From positions 1 to 64,000 of IMG/VR virus record IMGVR_UViG_3300030372_004521: DNA of 64,000 nucleotides; one strand, 5' to 3'. Position 1 is the first letter of the stretch. Every line of letters begins with the position of its first letter. Shown in pieces: positions 15,256-23,822 of this stretch. This DNA comes from a virus. Lineage: Duplodnaviria; Caudoviricetes. A program made the position numbers and the translations under genes. Below the pieces are notes generated by a model, which saw nothing but the letters and a program-made list of their open reading frames with translations, did not search any database and was not told where the DNA came from.

Positions 15256-16956
15256 ATGATAGATTTAACTGATGAAAATATACGTTTAAAACACAATAAC
15301 TTAGGAACTCAAAAAACTAAGTGTCCTCAGTGTCAGCCACCACATGATTCAAGTGATAGACCTCTAACGGTAACGATAGAGCATGATAATGCAGTATGGT
15401 ATTGTCACCATTGTGGGTGGAAAGGGGGTAAGGGTAATACAAGGGGAACACCATTTAAACCCGTTAGAACACCAATAAGAAGCCCAAAATTACCAAAAGT
15501 ACAAGAAAAAAGCCAAGAAATGTACAGTTACTTTGCAAATCGGCATATTTCAAAGGAAACAGTTGATGATTTTTCTATAAGTACTGATGGGTATTGGATA
15601 GCACTTCCATACTATGATGAAAAAAATGAACTAGTGAATATTAAATACAGGACTAGTGATAAAAAGTTTAAACAAGAAAAACAAACAAAAAGAACTCTAT
15701 ACAACTATGGAAATGTTTTTGATAAAGAAGAAATAATTTTTGTTGAGGGTGAAATGGATGTGCTTAGTTTACATGAAATTGGTTTTAACAATGCAACATC
15801 ATTACCTGACGGTGCGCCTAAAGAAGCTACATATAAAGATAATGATTCAAGGTTTAAAGCACTGCAAAACTGTCCTTTGAAAGCCACTAAGATAATTTTA
15901 TTTACTGATAATGACCAAGCAGGTAAAGCATTACATGATGAACTTCTACATAGATTTGGTAAAGATGTGTGTTGGTATGTTCAGACACCCGAAGATTGTA
16001 AAGATGCTAATGATGTTTTAATGAAACATGGTAGTGATAAGTTGCAAGAAATTATAACTAATGCAATACCATATCCTATTGATGGATTACACACTGTTAC
16101 TGACTATGTTGGTACTGTTTATGATCTTTATAACGGTAATTACGTTAAACCAATAGAAGCAGGTATGGGAGCTTTAGATGATATTTATAAAATCTTAAAA
16201 GGTACTTTCCATACTATTACTGGAATACCTAATCACGGTAAGTCATATTTCTTAGATCAGTTGTTGTTGAGGATTGCACAAAATCATAAATGGAAATTTG
16301 CTCTATATAGTCCTGAGCATTCAACGGGTATGCATATAAGAAGAATAACCCAAATGTTCAAAGAAAAGAGTTTTGACGAGGGTTTCAATAACAGAATGTC
16401 TCAAAATGAGTTAGATGAAGCACTGGATTTTATTTCAAAGCATTACTACTTCATTGAAACAAAGGACGAGATACCAACAATTGATTACATACTAGAAATA
16501 GCAAAAGGTTCAATTTTAAAACATGGTGTAAATGGAATAGTTATTGACCCGTACAATGAGGTGAATGCTTCAAGAGCAGGAAATACTAGAGAAGATGAAC
16601 ATATAAGGGATTTCATTTCTAAGTGTAAACGGTTTGCAAGAGTACATGATGTAGTTGTGTTTGTGATTGCTCACCCAACTAAACTACCAAAAGCAAGTGA
16701 TGGTGGATATGCCCCACCGACTGCTTATGATATAAGTGGAGCTTCTCACTGGCATAACCAAAGTGATGTGATATTAACAATACATAGAGATTTTGATGAT
16801 AACTCTACACAAGTAATGACAAGAAAAGTTAGAGAACAAGATTTGTATGGAAAAATTGGTTCAGTAACTTTTGATTTTGATGCAAATAAAAAGATTTTTG
16901 TTGAAAGAAAAGATAATGTTGATTGGGGTGAAGATGAACATTGGAATGATTCATAA
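15256..16956 (+). CDS. Primase-helicase (T7 gp4/Twinkle-like; Zn finger, Toprim, SF4 helicase)
   Basis: CPQC..CHHC, VEGEMD, D.D.AG, CKDAND, Walker A GIPNHGKS, IVIDP, AHPTK, YDISG.SHW. Confidence 0.93.
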   Translation: MIDLTDENIRLKHNNLGTQKTKCPQCQPPHDSSDRPLTVTIEHDNAVWYCHHCGWKGGKGNTRGTPFKPVRTPIRSPKLPKVQEKSQEMYSYFANRHISKETVDDFSISTDGYWIALPYYDEKNELVNIKYRTSDKKFKQEKQTKRTLYNYGNVFDKEEIIFVEGEMDVLSLHEIGFNNATSLPDGAPKEATYKDNDSRFKALQNCPLKATKIILFTDNDQAGKALHDELLHRFGKDVCWYVQTPEDCKDANDVLMKHGSDKLQEIITNAIPYPIDGLHTVTDYVGTVYDLYNGNYVKPIEAGMGALDDIYKILKGTFHTITGIPNHGKSYFLDQLLLRIAQNHKWKFALYSPEHSTGMHIRRITQMFKEKSFDEGFNNRMSQNELDEALDFISKHYYFIETKDEIPTIDYILEIAKGSILKHGVNGIVIDPYNEVNASRAGNTREDEHIRDFISKCKRFARVHDVVVFVIAHPTKLPKASDGGYAPPTAYDISGASHWHNQSDVILTIHRDFDDNSTQVMTRKVREQDLYGKIGSVTFDFDANKKIFVERKDNVDWGEDEHWNDS

Positions 16957-16977
16957 ATGATGCTAAACTAACCCGTA

Positions 16978-17577
16978 ATGGACATAGTAACAAAAAAAGT
17001 TGATGATTTAATACCTTACTATCAAAATCCAAGAATTATCTCAGAAAAGGCAGTAGAAGAATGTGCCAAATCAATTAAAAATCATGGTATGCGACAAGCC
17101 ATAGTCATTGACAAAGAAAATGTAATTGTTGCAGGTCATACTCGTTTATTGGCATGTAAGTCATTAGAAATGAAAGAAGTACCCTGTATTATTTATGAAG
17201 ATTCACAAGAAAAAATAGATGCATACAGACTAGCTGACAATAAAGTTGCTGAACTTACACAATGGGAAGAAACCTTTTTAACAGAAGAACTAAAGAAGCT
17301 CGGAGACCTAGATATAGAAGTAGCAGGATTTAACCTTGAAGATGATGGAAAGTTTGATGCTTTTGATGATTTAATAGACAAGGATATTCAAGAAGATACT
17401 GTAGGTTACAGAGCAAAAGATTTAAGCAACCAAGTACCGTTGATTTTTTATATGGAAACTGATGAAAGAAAAGCAGTAATGGATGCAATAGAAATAATTA
17501 GAAGAACCTTATTTTTAGACACAAAAACACAGGCACTTATGGAGCTTGTAAGGAGATACAAACTTGATACTGATTGA
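16978..17577 (+). CDS. ParB/Srx N-terminal domain protein
   Basis: PY..NPR, SI...G...I.ID....IVAGHTR..A...L....VP, AYRLADNK. Confidence 0.9.
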   Translation: MDIVTKKVDDLIPYYQNPRIISEKAVEECAKSIKNHGMRQAIVIDKENVIVAGHTRLLACKSLEMKEVPCIIYEDSQEKIDAYRLADNKVAELTQWEETFLTEELKKLGDLDIEVAGFNLEDDGKFDAFDDLIDKDIQEDTVGYRAKDLSNQVPLIFYMETDERKAVMDAIEIIRRTLFLDTKTQALMELVRRYKLDTD

Positions 17578-18250
17578 TAACCCTAAAGATGGTGATGTCA
17601 TTGATATGCTTGAAACCATGTACCCAACTATAATGATGTGCAAAGAAAATGACTTTGCTTCTGATTGTGTGGACCATACTACATATGGTTTTGTTACTGA
17701 GGGTGGTTTTAGTATTAAAAAAGATAATGACACATATATGGTCTCAGAGGGTAGCTTCTTCAGTCTAGCAGGAAAATATGAGTGTAAATCTTTGGTAGAT
17801 GGTTCAAAACTTTTTGCAATAATAAGAAAAGGTTTTAGAGGATTAGATCAAGTAGGAAAAACAGAAGATAGAGGTAGATTGTCATATATTGATGGGTGTA
17901 CAGATACTTTGCTTGTCATGCCACCAAGACTGGGCGACCCTTGTCTTAACTATCTACACTTTCCAGTAGGCATAGATCAAACACAACACTTACACCCAAG
18001 CATAAGAATGGGAATTGTAATAGATGGAAAAGGGGAAGCATTCCAAAAACCTGATGGCAAACAACAGGGATGGGAAAAAGATTTAAAAAAAGGAATGATG
18101 TTTTGTCTAGAGGAAGGCGAGGTTCATAGTTTTAGAACAGCAGAAAACTTCATGGACATTATTGCATATCACCCTGATAGTGATTTTGGACCAACCGACA
18201 CCAACCATCCTATGTTGAATAGAACCTATATAGATCATGGAAAAGGGTAA
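17564..18250 (+). CDS. Cupin-fold protein
   Basis: QTQHLHPS.R.G.V..G.G ... GEVHSFRT metal-binding cupin motifs. Confidence 0.7.
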   Translation: MILIDNPKDGDVIDMLETMYPTIMMCKENDFASDCVDHTTYGFVTEGGFSIKKDNDTYMVSEGSFFSLAGKYECKSLVDGSKLFAIIRKGFRGLDQVGKTEDRGRLSYIDGCTDTLLVMPPRLGDPCLNYLHFPVGIDQTQHLHPSIRMGIVIDGKGEAFQKPDGKQQGWEKDLKKGMMFCLEEGEVHSFRTAENFMDIIAYHPDSDFGPTDTNHPMLNRTYIDHGKG

Positions 18251-18319
18251 ATTTAGGGGGTATTAGGGTATTCCTTAATAGCTTAGAAGCTCTTAGAGAA
18301 CAAGTCAGAGGACTAAAAA

Positions 18320-19546
18320 ATGAGCAAAGTACACAAAAAAAAGACAATTGATAAAAATGTATATGATCTAGCTATTGAAAGAATAAATAGAACCTATGAT
18401 ATTTTTGATACAGTTGTAGTCATGTTTAGTGGTGGAAAGGATTCTACTGTCTGTCTAAACCTTACACTTGAAGTTGCTAAAGAAAGAGGAAAACTTCCAC
18501 TTGATGTATATTTCTTTGATGAAGAAGCAATACCATATGAAACTATAGACTATGTAAAAAGAGTTGCTGATTTGCCTGAAGTCAATATGCACTGGTTATG
18601 TATTCCAGTCAAACATAGAAATGGGTGTAGTAGAAAAAATCCATACTGGTATCCGTGGGGCCCCGAAGATGAGGAAAAATGGGTAAGACCTATGCCTGAT
18701 TATGATTGTGTAATTAAATATGATGATATTCCTATGTTCCCTATAGAAGTAAAAAAAAGACCAAGTGTTCCTGAGATGAACGGTCTTTTGTTTCCACCTG
18801 ATAAAGTTGGTGAAGTAGGTGTGATAATGGGGATTAGATCAGAAGAATCACTTACAAGATACCGTACTATATTGCAAACTGGTCATGGTAGAAGATATGA
18901 ACCATACATGATAAACCTTAAGTCACAGACAGCACTAGCCAATGTTTGGAAAGTATGTCCTATATACGATATGAAAACAGTTGATGTTTGGACTGCACCT
19001 CATAGATACAAATGGGATTACAACACAACTTATGATCTATTTGAAAAACTAGGGCTTACACACTTACAGCAAAGAGTAGCTCCACCATACGGAGAAGAAC
19101 CTATGAGAGGATTATGGCAGTATTCAATTGCCTTTCCTGATATTTGGGAAAAAATGCAAACAAGAGTTGAGGGTTCTGCAACTGCGGCTAGATATGCAAA
19201 TACAGAACTGTATGCATACAATGGTATTCCAACAAAACCTGATGATATAGATTGGATTGATTACTTAAAATACCATCTTATGAAACATGAAGAACCTTAC
19301 AAATCCAAAGTATCAGAAAAAATACAATACTGGATAAGATGGCATAAAAACAAAACATCTGACCCTATTCTTGAGAATCCACACTATCATACGGGTATGA
19401 GTTGGAACTTCTTATTAAGAATTGCTATGCGAGGAGATTTCAAAGACAGAAAATCACCTGCATTTTCTACAGACCCAAAAATAGTTGCTAAAATGAAACG
19501 TGCATATGAGGAGGAACGACATCATGGTAAAAAAAGGGAAAAATAA
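18320..19546 (+). CDS. PAPS-reductase-superfamily PP-loop protein (IbrA/YbdN-like)
   Basis: FSGGKDS PP-loop, F.DEE, W..W, GIR.EES..R, PIYD....DVW, YN..YD, RV..P.G.EP, RV.G. Confidence 0.88.
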   Translation: MSKVHKKKTIDKNVYDLAIERINRTYDIFDTVVVMFSGGKDSTVCLNLTLEVAKERGKLPLDVYFFDEEAIPYETIDYVKRVADLPEVNMHWLCIPVKHRNGCSRKNPYWYPWGPEDEEKWVRPMPDYDCVIKYDDIPMFPIEVKKRPSVPEMNGLLFPPDKVGEVGVIMGIRSEESLTRYRTILQTGHGRRYEPYMINLKSQTALANVWKVCPIYDMKTVDVWTAPHRYKWDYNTTYDLFEKLGLTHLQQRVAPPYGEEPMRGLWQYSIAFPDIWEKMQTRVEGSATAARYANTELYAYNGIPTKPDDIDWIDYLKYHLMKHEEPYKSKVSEKIQYWIRWHKNKTSDPILENPHYHTGMSWNFLLRIAMRGDFKDRKSPAFSTDPKIVAKMKRAYEEERHHGKKREK

Positions 19547-20060
19547 TCAACCTATAACTGAAATACAATGGCTAGACAGGTCTGAGCTTAAGGCAAATGA
19601 CTATAACCCTAATAAGGTATCACCAGTAGAACTAGAGCTTCTAAAAACATCAATAAAACTTTGTGGATGGACACAACCAATAGTTGCTAGATCAAATAAA
19701 GAAATTGTTGATGGTTTTCATAGGTGGACAGTCTCTGCTGATGAAGAAATATATGAACTTACTGATGGTCTTGTACCAGTAGTATTTTTGTCAGATGAAA
19801 TAGACTTGGCTGAGCAGAAAGCAGCAACAATTGTTCATAACAGGGCTAGAGGTAATCACTTAATACTTCCTATGACAGATATTGTTAGAGATTTACGAGA
19901 AAAACATAAGTGGTCTGATGAACAGATCAAAGAGTTTCTAGGTATGGAACAAGAAGAAATAGATAGACTATATGACTATAGGCCTATGACAGAAAAAGGC
20001 AGTGATAAAGAATTTAGTGATGGATGGGTGCCTGATGATGGCAAAAGGGCTTTTGATTGA
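19524..20060 (+). CDS. ParB-like protein (IbrB/YbdM-like)
   Basis: ANDYNPN.V...E..LL..SI...GWTQPIV, IVDGFHR, TI.HNRARG.H, LGM..EE..RL; start probably MVKK near 19524. Confidence 0.88.
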   Translation: MVKKGKNNQPITEIQWLDRSELKANDYNPNKVSPVELELLKTSIKLCGWTQPIVARSNKEIVDGFHRWTVSADEEIYELTDGLVPVVFLSDEIDLAEQKAATIVHNRARGNHLILPMTDIVRDLREKHKWSDEQIKEFLGMEQEEIDRLYDYRPMTEKGSDKEFSDGWVPDDGKRAFD

Positions 20061-20134
20061 TTTATTTTTTTAAAACAAATATAATTTTTAGAACCTATTA
20101 ATTAATTTTAATAAAATTTTTCATTATAATCTTC

Positions 20135-20166
20135 GGGGTAGTTTGCGATAGCTACCCCTTTTTTTT
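20135..20166 (+). terminator. Rho-independent terminator
   Basis: GGGGTAG-loop-CTACCCC followed by T8. Confidence 0.85.
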
Positions 20167-20172
20167 AGTAAG

Positions 20173-20226
20173 AAAGCCACCCTCACCATAATCCAAATTA
20201 CGTCTAATGTTATGAGAGGGGGCTTT
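20173..20226 (-). terminator. Long imperfect hairpin, probable terminator of the leftward unit
   Basis: AAAGCC(A)CCCTC..CATAA / TTATG.GAGGG.GGCTTT inverted repeat directly after the 20226 stop. Confidence 0.5.
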
Positions 20227-20411
20227 TATTCAATGTTTTTGAAATTCTGCCAATAAGTATCATTAGCTTCTGTTTCTTTAAATTGCAAGAGATCAACCAT
20301 TACTTGATAGGGAGTTAATTTATATTCTTTAGCTACTACTTCTAATTCGCTAAGAATAAGGTCAACCTCTTGCTCATTAACAACTTCTAATATTCTTTTT
20401 ATATACTTCAT
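20226..20411 (-). CDS. Hypothetical protein
   Basis: 61-aa coupled ORF. Confidence 0.6.
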   Translation of the reverse strand: MKYIKRILEVVNEQEVDLILSELEVVAKEYKLTPYQVMVDLLQFKETEANDTYWQNFKNIE

Positions 20412-21487
20412 TGTTCTAATATGTAGTCCTTTGTTACTACCCCTTGAGACTTGCTACCTCTAAAGTGTGCTTTTACCCAAGTAAATTTACCATCAGGCAA
20501 ACGTCTTAAATGCTTTCTAACACTATGAAATGCAGTACCACTACTTCTACCACCTATACCACCATTAGTGCTTCCAGTTTCGCTACCAAACATACTAATG
20601 ACAAGTTTTTTATGTTCAAACTTGGGCTTGTTTCTTAAAACAGATGCTTTATGCCTAATGTGAATAGGTTCTATCCAAGTATTTCCTCTACCACCGACTT
20701 TACCAACAGAACATATTTGTGGGTACTGCAAGAAGATCATAAATTTTGTCCAAACAGATACTATAGTACTAACCCATGTCTCTGCTATTTCTATTTCAGG
20801 TAATTCTGCTTCTTGTATTTTAAGACATTCAGGCATATCTACATGCCAACTATATGTACCATCTGAATGAAAGACTATGTAGTACACATTCATATCTAGT
20901 GCAAACTTATTACCATGAGTTATTCTTTCCATACTTGTAGGCAAGTTTTCAATATGATCGTCTTGTAAATGCTTTATGAAATCAGATTTATTGTATATGT
21001 TCATAGAAAAAGCCAAAGAGCATTTGTTTTCAGTACCATCAGGTGGTTCATGGTGAGGTTTACCAGTAAAACCATCATCATCTTCATGTGAACCTGAACA
21101 AGTAATGTGTAAAATTTGTTCGTCAGTTTCCCATTGTAAAAAAGTAAAACGATAAGGGGCATGGTATTTCAACTCAGGCAATAATGCCTTACATTCTTTT
21201 TCTGACAAAGTATTTTCGCTTGTTTCTCTTGCATAAAACTTATTAGACTGAGTAATAAATCTAGATAAATGTAATAACTGTTGTTTCATACTGCCATCCA
21301 TAGTGGATTGTTCAATTGCTTGTAATTGTGGCACTGTATGTCTAGCCCAACAGAAATTCTCAGCAAATTCTCTAGATAAACCCACCAAAGGAGTACCAGT
21401 ACCACCATCTAAACCCAACTCAGCTTTATCAGATGTATTTAGAAGTTGATAAGCATGAATCAGTCTTTGTAATTTTTCATTGTTCAT
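20408..21487 (-). CDS. Hypothetical phage protein with C-terminal H.VR.H.R...G...WV..H.RG motif
   Basis: 359-aa ORF; basic His/Arg C-terminal motif recurrent in phage early proteins. Confidence 0.7.
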   Translation of the reverse strand: MNNEKLQRLIHAYQLLNTSDKAELGLDGGTGTPLVGLSREFAENFCWARHTVPQLQAIEQSTMDGSMKQQLLHLSRFITQSNKFYARETSENTLSEKECKALLPELKYHAPYRFTFLQWETDEQILHITCSGSHEDDDGFTGKPHHEPPDGTENKCSLAFSMNIYNKSDFIKHLQDDHIENLPTSMERITHGNKFALDMNVYYIVFHSDGTYSWHVDMPECLKIQEAELPEIEIAETWVSTIVSVWTKFMIFLQYPQICSVGKVGGRGNTWIEPIHIRHKASVLRNKPKFEHKKLVISMFGSETGSTNGGIGGRSSGTAFHSVRKHLRRLPDGKFTWVKAHFRGSKSQGVVTKDYILEQ

Positions 21488-21493
21488 AAAAAA

Positions 21494-21664
21494 CTACCCG
21501 ATATGATCTGCAGACTGTTCGTGTGCTAGATCAATTAACTTATCTTTAGAAAAATAGTTTTTGCTATCAACAACAATACCATTATCTACGTATTTAATAG
21601 ATTCAGGATTTATGTTGAGTAAATCAACTAATTCTTCTATAGAGTGTTCAACTAAACTTTGCAT
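21494..21664 (-). CDS. Hypothetical protein, 56 aa, not in ORF track
   Basis: MQSLVEHSIEELVDLLNINPESIKYV...; AGGGGG RBS; fills the gap between neighbours. Confidence 0.55.
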   Translation of the reverse strand: MQSLVEHSIEELVDLLNINPESIKYVDNGIVVDSKNYFSKDKLIDLAHEQSADHIG

Positions 21665-21906
21665 ACGTCTAACCCCCTTACCCTATGTGTGATAGAAGTT
21701 TGCTCATACCATTCGTGAATACCATCAACTTGCTCCATCCATAGGTCACCAAATAATTTATACAGAACGAAAGAAGCACGTGCATGACAACGACTTCCCC
21801 TTAAATCAGCATATGTATAACACATACTTGAGTAGGTAAGATGATCACAAATTTCTTTGGTTACCTCACCAGTAGTTTTAGAATTTTTCATATTTTCGTT
21901 TTTCAT
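21652..21906 (-). CDS. Hypothetical protein
   Basis: GGAG RBS before ATG 21906. Confidence 0.6.
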   Translation of the reverse strand: MKNENMKNSKTTGEVTKEICDHLTYSSMCYTYADLRGSRCHARASFVLYKLFGDLWMEQVDGIHEWYEQTSITHRVRGLDVCKV

Positions 21907-21925
21907 ATTTAACTCCAATATGTTT

Positions 21926-21953
21926 ATATTAACAAACAAAAGTTTAAATACAA
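21926..21953 (-). promoter_or_regulatory. Sigma70-type promoter TTGTAT-N16-TAATAT
   Basis: Shares TTGTATTTA with the 11485 promoter. Confidence 0.55.
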
Positions 21954-21986
21954 GTCTATAGACAAAATAATTAACCCATTTTGTAG

Positions 21987-22015
21987 TTTACTTATTAGTA
22001 CTGAAAGGATAGACT
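21987..22015 (+). promoter_or_regulatory. Promoter TTTACT-N17-TAGACT for the packaging genes
   Basis: Correct 17-nt spacing upstream of terS. Confidence 0.55.
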
Positions 22016-22036
22016 ACTGAGAATAAGTGATAATTT

Positions 22037-22615
22037 ATGAGTAAAAAAACACAACAGAATAAAATTACTAAAGATATTCTAGAACAAATACGTAATGCAT
22101 ATGTACAGGGTATAGATGATGGAACAGGTGAAAAGAAGTACAAATCACTTGATGCATTAAGTGTTGAATATAAAGTAGCTAAAAGTAGTTTATATAGGTG
22201 GGCTCAGAAAGAATCATGGAAAGCTCAACAGGAAAGATTCCATACCGAATATCTAGAAAGACTAGATGCAGAGAGACAGAAGGAACTTGTGCATGAAAGC
22301 AAACAATTTGACAGTAATGCGTTAAGAGTAGCTAAGTTTCTTCTCAGTGAAGTTGGAATATCACTTTCTTTAAATTCACAAGCACGTACAAGCGACCCAA
22401 ACTCTAAACATTTATTATCACCACAAGCAGTAGCTCAGTTATCTAATGCGGCACTATCAGCCCAGAAACTAGGCAAATTAGCTCTTGGTGAATCAACGGA
22501 GAATATGAAATTAAATGCAGAAATCAGCGACACAGATGCCTTCCGAGAAGCTATGGAACTGCTTGACACGGTTGCAGAGCAACGCAGACAAACAGGCGAT
22601 AACCCTTTACACTGA
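22037..22615 (+). CDS. terS: Terminase small subunit (putative)
   Basis: N-terminal HTH (L..L...Y.V....LY.W...E.W), directly upstream of and overlapping terL. Confidence 0.7.
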   Translation: MSKKTQQNKITKDILEQIRNAYVQGIDDGTGEKKYKSLDALSVEYKVAKSSLYRWAQKESWKAQQERFHTEYLERLDAERQKELVHESKQFDSNALRVAKFLLSEVGISLSLNSQARTSDPNSKHLLSPQAVAQLSNAALSAQKLGKLALGESTENMKLNAEISDTDAFREAMELLDTVAEQRRQTGDNPLH

Positions 22616-23822
22616 TTGGCTTAAAAAGGCGAGAGAAAAACAACTAAGTCCTAGTGACGAATATAATATATGGTTAATACTTGCAGGTCGTGGGTGGGGT
22701 AAAACTAGAACAGGCGCACAAGATATAGCTCTTTACGCATTAAGGAATCCAAATACAATTTCTGCAGTCGTAGCCCCCACTTTTGGTGATCTGCGTAGAG
22801 TTTGCTTCAATGGGCCATCAGGTTTATTAAGCATTATTCCTAAAGAATGTTTTGATAGCTCATTTGGTACGCAAGGATACGCAAGTAGTATAGCTGAGAT
22901 AAAACTACATAATGGTTCAAAGATAATTGGTTTTGCTGCTGTTAATCCTGAAAGACTGAGGGGACCACAATTCCATAGAGCATGGTGTGATGAATTAGCT
23001 GCTTGGCAATACCCTGAAGCATTTGACCAACTAATGTTCGGTCTAAGATTAGGCAATAATCCACAAGCTGTTATAACAACTACCCCTAAACCTTTACCCA
23101 TCATAAAGAAGCTATTAGACAGGAAAGACGTACACATAACTAGGGGTTCTACCTTTGAAAACAAAGAAAACCTATCAGAATCAGCGCTAGAAATGATGCG
23201 TCAAAGATATGAGGGCACTACATTAGGCAGACAAGAACTTTATGCAGAAATAGTAGAAGATGTTGAGGGAGCTTTATGGAGTCCAAGTTTAATTGAGAAA
23301 GCTAGAAAACCTGCAGGTACAGAAATAGAACTACAACAAATAATAGTAGGCATAGACCCTGCTGTTACTAGTGGAGAGAACTCAGACGAAACAGGAATCA
23401 TAGTAGTTGGCAAAGACTTTAATCAAAGTTACTATGTACTAGATGATATTTCAGGAAGACATACTCCTGATAAATGGGCTAGATTAGCTATTAATGCTTT
23501 TTATGATTGGGAAGCTGATAGAATAGTAGCCGAGGTAAATAATGGTGGAGACTTGGTAGAAAGACTTATCAGGAATGCAGACCCTAATGTTCCGTATCGG
23601 TCAGTTAGGGCAACAAGGGGTAAATTAGTAAGAGCAGAGCCAATATCTGCCTTATATGAGCAAGAAAGAGTACACCATATAGGGTATTTTCCTGAATTAG
23701 AAACCCAAATGTGTACATATACAGGACAAACTACCCCAAGTCCTGATAGACTAGATGCATTAGTATGGGGTTTGTCAGAACTTAATAGATCATCAGGACA
23801 AGCAAAATGGAGAGTAAGTTAA
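22515..23822 (+). CDS. terL: Terminase large subunit
   Basis: AGRGWGKT Walker A, LRGPQF..AW.DE, TTTP, GIDPA, EVNNGG, SPDRLDAL.W. Confidence 0.95.
   Translation: MQKSATQMPSEKLWNCLTRLQSNADKQAITLYTDWLKKAREKQLSPSDEYNIWLILAGRGWGKTRTGAQDIALYALRNPNTISAVVAPTFGDLRRVCFNGPSGLLSIIPKECFDSSFGTQGYASSIAEIKLHNGSKIIGFAAVNPERLRGPQFHRAWCDELAAWQYPEAFDQLMFGLRLGNNPQAVITTTPKPLPIIKKLLDRKDVHITRGSTFENKENLSESALEMMRQRYEGTTLGRQELYAEIVEDVEGALWSPSLIEKARKPAGTEIELQQIIVGIDPAVTSGENSDETGIIVVGKDFNQSYYVLDDISGRHTPDKWARLAINAFYDWEADRIVAEVNNGGDLVERLIRNADPNVPYRSVRATRGKLVRAEPISALYEQERVHHIGYFPELETQMCTYTGQTTPSPDRLDALVWGLSELNRSSGQAKWRVS

Noticed and set aside
18320-19546. cysH auxiliary metabolic gene for sulfate assimilation
   Set aside because: Too long, lacks the C-terminal ECGLH motif and is paired with an IbrB-like ParB, so it fits the IbrA/YbdN subfamily
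20061-20226. tRNA or other ncRNA in the AT-rich gap
   Set aside because: No cloverleaf or T-loop consensus; the hairpins are explained as terminators of convergent units
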